From contig CAZSKP010000065.1 of NCBI GenBank assembly GCA_964607485.1, forward strand, positions 1-12,757: a DNA stretch of 12,757 nt. The letters run 5' to 3'. Shown here one piece after another: positions 8,138 through 12,757 of this stretch. The notes under the pieces were generated by a model that searched no databases, was not told where the DNA came from, and saw only the letters and a list, made by a program, of their open reading frames with translations. Both the position numbers and the translations under genes were made by a program. Source of the stretch: an uncultured bacterium (GTDB lineage: Bacteria > Abyssobacteria > SURF-5). Every line of letters starts with the position of its first letter. Position 1 is the stretch's first letter.

Positions 8138-8745
8138 GCCGAATTGCCAACGGCAAAGAAGAGAAGGCGGGAATAACCCGGAGAAGGTTCACCCTTGGCC
8201 TGCTCCTGGCCTCCGTGGCGGGCGCGGTGGGCTCCGTCTTTACGCTTCTGAAGGTTCTGTCCACCGCCAAACGGGGTGGCGGCTACGTGACGACCATCAA
8301 GCCGGGAGACCGCCTCATCTATGCCGAGGGCGGAAACGAGGGGAACCCCATGAAGGCCTCCTCGTTCAAGCCGGGCGACGCCGTGCTCGCCTATCCAGAG
8401 GGCAAAACCTCGAATCTCGCGAACCTCGTCCAGCTCATCAGACTCGATGAAAAGGCGTTCACCCCGCCCACCGACATTTCGCTCACCGACCAGGGTTTTG
8501 TGGCCTACAGCGCCATATGCACGCATCTCGGGTGCAAAGTATCGTGGGTGGAAGACCAGCGGTCGCCCGACGCTTCGTACACGGAATGTCTCTGCCATAA
8601 CAGCATATTCGACCCGGCGCGGGGGGCCAAGGTCATTGGGGGCCCGGCACCCATTGCGCTGGCGCAGATAGGCGTGAAGGTGACGGCTGACGGGTCGCTC
8701 GCCTTTACAAGCGATTTCAAAGGCCCGATAGGGCCGCAGGTATAG
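8131..8745 (+). CDS. qcrA: Rieske [2Fe-2S] subunit of a quinol:cytochrome c oxidoreductase
   Basis: Tat motif ITRRRFTL plus TM helix; box I CTHLGC, box II CLCHNSIF; GGPAP loop; SD GAGGAG before GTG. Resembles recalled Thermus thermophilus FbcF (KPGD.L.YA.GG, VLAYP, G.VAYSA.CTHLGC, GA.VI.GP.P, F.GP.G). Confidence 0.95.
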   Translation: MVSRIANGKEEKAGITRRRFTLGLLLASVAGAVGSVFTLLKVLSTAKRGGGYVTTIKPGDRLIYAEGGNEGNPMKASSFKPGDAVLAYPEGKTSNLANLVQLIRLDEKAFTPPTDISLTDQGFVAYSAICTHLGCKVSWVEDQRSPDASYTECLCHNSIFDPARGAKVIGGPAPIALAQIGVKVTADGSLAFTSDFKGPIGPQV

Positions 8746-8759
8746 ACGCGGGAGGGCAG

Positions 8760-9992
8760 ATGTTCTACAGGTGGTTCGAAGAAAGGCTCGAACTTGGAAA
8801 GTTCAAGGCCAAGTTTCTGGCCAAGACCTTCCCCACCCACCCCGTTTTTCTGCTCGGGGAGGTAGCCCTGTTCTCATTCATCACACTCGTCATTACGGGC
8901 GTCTTTCTCGGATTCCTCTACGAGCCCTCCACGAAGACGGTCTCCCTCTTCGGCGCGATGGTCCCCTCGGCCTACGCAAGCGTGGTGAAGATAGACCTCC
9001 TGCCAATGGGCATGATAATACGCCGCATACACCACTGGTCGGCGATGATAATGATAGCCGCGATCCTCGCCCACCTGATAAGGGTCTACTTCACCTCGGC
9101 CTACCGGAAACCGAGGGAGATAAACTGGCTGGTCGGCCTGAGCCTCTGGATCATGTCGATGGGCGCCGCGTTCACCGGGTATCTGCTGCCCTACAGCCAG
9201 TTCTCGGTGACGGCCACGTCCATAGCCTACTTCGTGGCGAAGTCCGTGCCGTGGGTGGGCGACTGGGCTTCGAGGCTCCTCTTTGCCGGCGGGTTCCCGT
9301 CGGAGGGAACCGTGCCCCGCTTCTTCTTTTTGCACGTCATGCTGATACCGGCGGTGATTATAGGGCTCATCAGCCTCCACCTGGTAATACTTGTGAAGCA
9401 GAAGCACACCGAGCCGGCGTCCAACCGAAAGAGGAAGGAGGCGGAGGGAGGCAAGAGGCTCATCGGCATCCCCTTATGGCCGGAGCAGGCCGTTATCAGC
9501 ATATCTTTTTACCTCTTCCTCTTATTCGTCATCGTCCTGATAGCTACCCATATCCCCTTGAACCCCGTAGAAAAATACGGACCGCCTTCGCCCGAGACCC
9601 CCGTCATGCGGCCCGACTGGTATTTTCTCGTGGTCTACGGTATCCTTAAATTGATACCGGGGACACTGTCGTTTTCGGTCTTCGGAGGGAAGATTACCCC
9701 TGAGACCATCGGCGGCGTCATATTCCCCGGGCTGTCTTTTCTTGTTTTTGCGTTAATACCGTTTCTTGACAGAGCGAAGGAACCCCAGCATTACATCGAA
9801 AATCCCCTTCGCAGGCCCTTCATGACGTCATTCGGCGTCGGGGGCGGCGTATTCTTCTGCATGACCGTCGTGGCCGGCTATATAGACGTGCTCCACATTA
9901 CGCCCAGGGATATGACGGTCTACCTCGTCATTGCGAGCGTGGCGGCATGGGCCTTCTCCTATGCGGCGCTGCGCCTTTACAACAGAAAGTGA
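8760..9992 (+). CDS. qcrB: cytochrome b subunit (unsplit) of the Rieske/cytochrome b complex
   Basis: 410 aa polytopic protein; heme-b ligands H91/H105 and H192/H207; AYRKPREINW, FTGYLLPY, Qo motif PDWY (285-288); no heme-ci Cys in helix A (LGEVALFSF). RBS GGGAGGG. Confidence 0.96.
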   Translation: MFYRWFEERLELGKFKAKFLAKTFPTHPVFLLGEVALFSFITLVITGVFLGFLYEPSTKTVSLFGAMVPSAYASVVKIDLLPMGMIIRRIHHWSAMIMIAAILAHLIRVYFTSAYRKPREINWLVGLSLWIMSMGAAFTGYLLPYSQFSVTATSIAYFVAKSVPWVGDWASRLLFAGGFPSEGTVPRFFFLHVMLIPAVIIGLISLHLVILVKQKHTEPASNRKRKEAEGGKRLIGIPLWPEQAVISISFYLFLLFVIVLIATHIPLNPVEKYGPPSPETPVMRPDWYFLVVYGILKLIPGTLSFSVFGGKITPETIGGVIFPGLSFLVFALIPFLDRAKEPQHYIENPLRRPFMTSFGVGGGVFFCMTVVAGYIDVLHITPRDMTVYLVIASVAAWAFSYAALRLYNRK

Positions 9993-10004
9993 ACGGAGGT
10001 AGCG

Positions 10005-10760
10005 ATGTCGAAGGTTCATAATGTCCTGGTCTTTCTTCTCGTGGCGGGCGGCGTCCTGGTGCTCGCCCCGCTGGCCCGGCCCGCCGGGGGCGAAGAGACG
10101 GAGAATTACTGTGTCCAGTGCCACCTCAAGCTCCTCACAAGCAGCTTTGTGGCCGTGAGGTCGCACGACTGGAAGGGCTCAGTACACCAGAAGCACGGCG
10201 TCACCTGCGACAAGTGCCACGGCGGAAACCCCCATGCCGCCGACCAGAAGGAGGCGCACGTCGGGGTCCTCGGCTCGAGCGATCCCCGGAGCAGCGTCTA
10301 CTTCAAGAACACCCCCTCCACCTGTGGCAAGTGCCACGGCGCGGAGCTTTACGAGTTCTCACGAAGCAACCATTACGAGATGCTCGAATCCGAGGGCAAA
10401 GGGCCTACATGCGTGACCTGCCACGGCTCAATGGTCGTGACCGTCCTCAGCCCCGACGACGTGGCGGCCGTGTGCGACAGATGCCATAACGAGCGGATGG
10501 GGATATTCCCCTACGTCCCCCAGAAGGCGAGGGCCGTTCTCCTCTTGCTGAGGGAAAGCATGGCCCTGGCGGATGCGGCCAGTAAGCTATATCATCCCGC
10601 GGAGGGCAGTCCCGACGCCGCATATTTGACGGACGCCCAGTCGGACCTCCACACCGCCAAGCTCGACTGGCATCGCTTCGACCTCGACACTCTTACGGAC
10701 CACCTGCAGGATGCGTACAATTCCCTGCAGAAGCTCTCCGGGGAAAGCGATAACAAATAA
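10005..10760 (+). CDS. periplasmic pentaheme cytochrome c with helical C-terminal domain
   Basis: Five CxxCH (CVQCH, CDKCH, CGKCH, CVTCH, CDRCH); hydrophobic signal peptide; RBS GGAGGT. Paralogous to 7138-7872 (WKGSxHQxxGVTCDxCHxGNP, GP(S/T)CxxCH). Confidence 0.93.
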   Translation: MSKVHNVLVFLLVAGGVLVLAPLARPAGGEETENYCVQCHLKLLTSSFVAVRSHDWKGSVHQKHGVTCDKCHGGNPHAADQKEAHVGVLGSSDPRSSVYFKNTPSTCGKCHGAELYEFSRSNHYEMLESEGKGPTCVTCHGSMVVTVLSPDDVAAVCDRCHNERMGIFPYVPQKARAVLLLLRESMALADAASKLYHPAEGSPDAAYLTDAQSDLHTAKLDWHRFDLDTLTDHLQDAYNSLQKLSGESDNK

Positions 10761-10863
10761 CCCCACGCTCGGCAACCTGCCAAGCGGAGTCAACGCCGCG
10801 GACGCAGCAGGAAGAGGAGTATGCTTCAGGCCGGGAATCTGCCGATGAGGACGAACCCTTTGG

Positions 10864-10910
10864 TGTTTCGGCTGGTCATGTCCGAAACAGGTGGACTCCC
10901 CTTGAGGGGA
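10864..10910. terminator. two hairpins between convergent operons (possible terminator or mRNA 3'-end structure)
   Basis: 8-bp stem TGTTTCGG (10864-10871) / CCGAAACA (10882-10889) and 5-bp stem TCCCC/GGGGA (10897-10910). No clear U-tract. Confidence 0.35.
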
Positions 10911-10921
10911 TGTGGGAGATG

Positions 10922-12304
10922 TCAGAACACAAGCCACGCAAGCAAGAATAGCGTGTTATTGTCAGAAGCGTCTCTGCCGAATCCATCGTAGTTCGAATGC
11001 GAGCCATTGAACTTGTCATATGCGATGTACATCAGAGAGAACTTGGGTTGAAAGAACCGGCGGTTGCCGTTGAACGGCAGATAGTCCACTTCCAAGACAA
11101 CGCCGTTGCTATTCGGCTTGCCTGTTCTGCTTCCGTCAACCTCCTCCGGAGCATAGAGGGTATTATCCCTGGGGCCCGTCGTCGCGAAGTAACCAGCCGT
11201 CCCGCCGACGAGCCCGAAGGGCGCCCTGTAGTAATAGTTGAGGTTGATTCTGAAAGTATTCAAGTGGCTGGATCGCCGACCTGTATCTCCCAACGCAAAA
11301 CTCGCATCCCAGTCCTGGTCTTCATGAATCCACGTGGTTTGCGCGGAGAAGATGTGCTTTTCGGTTATACATTGGTATTGAGCGTCCAACGCGATGTCGG
11401 TGAACCGGTCGGTATCACCATGCCTCATGCCTTCAGGGTAGATATCGGCGACCAGGCCGTACGTGCCCACTTCCAGGGATTGGTTGCCCCATTGGTGCTG
11501 TAAGGCAAGACGCCAGTATGGAACGGCATCGTCCACCATTACGTCGGTGCGTGTGCCGGCGCCAAGAAATTCGGTGATGCCCTCGTCGGCCGTACGGTAA
11601 ACGCTGATATTGGCGTAAATGAAGTCGTTCCAATAGCCATAGACCCCAATTCCGCCTACCTGTTGGTCCAACCCGCCGTCTATGATGGCGCCCGCTGCCG
11701 GAGTCGGGGCCACATCCGAACCTGCAGAAGGAACGCCCCATGTGGGGGTGCTGTTCCACACATCCTCGACGCTAGGACTATTATTGACGGTAATTCCGTA
11801 AATCAGATTCTTGCCGCCAAGGGACGTGTTGTTTGAATATCGGATATCCGTCATATCCAGGAAGAATTCGTCATCGACGCCGCTGTAAGTGGCCTGTACA
11901 AATGCACCAGTCTTTTGGTAGATTCGTCCTCCGTAGAATAGACTTGCTTCCTGCGGCAAATAGAAGAAATCATTCGTATCGGAGTCGGAAACCCTTGCCC
12001 ACTCGTCCTTTACCGAGTCATCCGGCAGCCCGTGTTCGACGTGGGTAAAGGATATCATCGCATGCGCCGCTATCGGGGGCGGAAACTCGTAGGGTTTGCT
12101 GCTCCTGCTCATCGTGTATCCGCCCATCTTGAACGCTCTCCCGAACGGGGTCAACTCCGGGAACAGCGTATGACAGGCGTTGCAGTATTGGCCCGTCTGA
12201 CGCGCAAAACTTGGGACCGCTGCGGCGTTTCCTGCGGTTACTGCGATAAGTAGAAAGGCAATTCCGAGCGCAAGAACCAGCTTCTCGATCTTGTACCCTG
12301 ACAT
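10922..12304 (-). CDS. cyc2: Cyc2-family outer-membrane monoheme cytochrome c-porin fusion (candidate Fe(II) oxidase / extracellular electron transfer protein)
   Basis: Signal peptide ending NAAA; then AVPSFARQT-GQY-CNACH-TLFPEL-TPFGRAFK, matching the Cyc2 signature AxPxFAR[Q/K][T/Y]...CxxCH...PxL. Remainder has amphipathic beta-strand character and ends in aromatic-rich LFLLAWLVF (C-terminal Phe). ATG 12304 preferred because SD GAGGTG is 5 nt upstream; ORF-track GTG is at 12310. Confidence 0.9.
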   Translation of the reverse strand: MSGYKIEKLVLALGIAFLLIAVTAGNAAAVPSFARQTGQYCNACHTLFPELTPFGRAFKMGGYTMSRSSKPYEFPPPIAAHAMISFTHVEHGLPDDSVKDEWARVSDSDTNDFFYLPQEASLFYGGRIYQKTGAFVQATYSGVDDEFFLDMTDIRYSNNTSLGGKNLIYGITVNNSPSVEDVWNSTPTWGVPSAGSDVAPTPAAGAIIDGGLDQQVGGIGVYGYWNDFIYANISVYRTADEGITEFLGAGTRTDVMVDDAVPYWRLALQHQWGNQSLEVGTYGLVADIYPEGMRHGDTDRFTDIALDAQYQCITEKHIFSAQTTWIHEDQDWDASFALGDTGRRSSHLNTFRINLNYYYRAPFGLVGGTAGYFATTGPRDNTLYAPEEVDGSRTGKPNSNGVVLEVDYLPFNGNRRFFQPKFSLMYIAYDKFNGSHSNYDGFGRDASDNNTLFLLAWLVF

Positions 12305-12341
12305 TTTCACACCTCTTTCTCAGAAATGTGCGGCCGCGCGT

Positions 12342-12757
12342 TCATTTGGATTTCAGATAGGCAATTACGTCGGCCACTTGTTCTTCGGTCAGATTCTGAT
12401 CGTACATCCGCACTCCGTTGGATTCCTTCAGCAACTGGACGGCGATGGGGTCGTTTTCGTTGAGCATCTTCTCGGGGTCGGAAATCCACTTGACGAGCCA
12501 CTCCGCCGATCTCCTTTCCGTCACTCCCTTGAGATCCGGCCCTATCCTCTTGCCTCCGCCAATGGTGTGGCACATGGTGCACTTCTGCTCGAATATTGCC
12601 TTCCCCTTATCGGGAGAACCCTCGGTCGATGCCTGCGGCGATTCCTTTGCCGGGTCTTTCGGAGCCGCCTGACTCGGCTCTTGGGATTTCAGATACGCGA
12701 GCACGTCGGCCACTTGTTCTTCGGTCAGATTCTGATCGTACATCCGCACTCCGTTGG
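12342..12757 (-). CDS. multi-domain class I cytochrome c with tandem near-identical domains (5' end outside window)
   Basis: GKAIFEQKCTMCHTIGGGKRIGPDL...W...P...VRMYDQNLTEEQVADVIAYL, a His/Met class I fold. The C-terminal part of a second copy (NGVRMYDQNLTEEQVADVLAYLKS) precedes a P/A/E/S-rich linker. Frame is open to the window edge. Confidence 0.9.
   Translation of the reverse strand, partial: NGVRMYDQNLTEEQVADVLAYLKSQEPSQAAPKDPAKESPQASTEGSPDKGKAIFEQKCTMCHTIGGGKRIGPDLKGVTERRSAEWLVKWISDPEKMLNENDPIAVQLLKESNGVRMYDQNLTEEQVADVIAYLKSK
12367..12757. repeat. 55-bp exact direct repeat (12367-12421 and 12703-12757), period 336 bp
   Basis: ACGTCGGCCACTTGTTCTTCGGTCAGATTCTGATCGTACATCCGCACTCCGTTGG occurs twice; GGATTTCAGATA is also shared at 12348-12359 and 12684-12695; 336 bp = 112 codons. 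Confidence 0.95.

Noticed and set aside
8011-10489. Long overlapping ORFs such as 8771-9649 (+), 8874-9407 (-), 8011-8598 (-), 10118-10489 (+)
   Set aside because: Shadow frames of GC3-rich genuine genes; R/P/G/H-rich translations with no domain signal.
10838-10927. Hammerhead-ribozyme-like pattern: CCGATGA (10842-10848), GGAC...GTCC stem, GAAAC (10884-10888)
   Set aside because: Core has C instead of U4, stem III has only 3 bp, and stem I pairs only if the cleavage-site nucleotide is removed. A competing 8-bp hairpin uses the same bases. An Infernal search with Rfam hammerhead models would settle it.
1-12757. CRISPR array, tRNA or rRNA genes
   Set aside because: No regularly spaced repeat-spacer units and no cloverleaf or rRNA signatures seen by eye.

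Overview
Bacterial (diderm) genomic window with two parts. Left (1-6300): a strong intrinsic terminator, a sigma70-driven SDR oxidoreductase, a sigma54-promoter-preceded membrane hybrid histidine kinase (PilS-like TM region, 5 PAS, HisKA/HATPase, REC) and a convergent PPC/DUF296 protein. A decayed IS3-family transposase fragment (~6660-6920) separates this from the right part, a respiratory gene cluster: a + strand operon (membrane-anchored pentaheme cytochrome c, 2-TM protein, Tat-exported Rieske protein, unsplit cytochrome b with PDWY, soluble pentaheme cytochrome c) converging on a - strand operon (tandem-repeat class I cytochrome c cut by the window end, then a Cyc2-family cytochrome-porin). 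Together these could form an outer-membrane-to-quinone electron conduit built on a Thermus fbcCXFB-like bc complex in which paired pentaheme cytochromes replace the usual c-subunit. Family calls come from motif recognition and recall; no searches were run.
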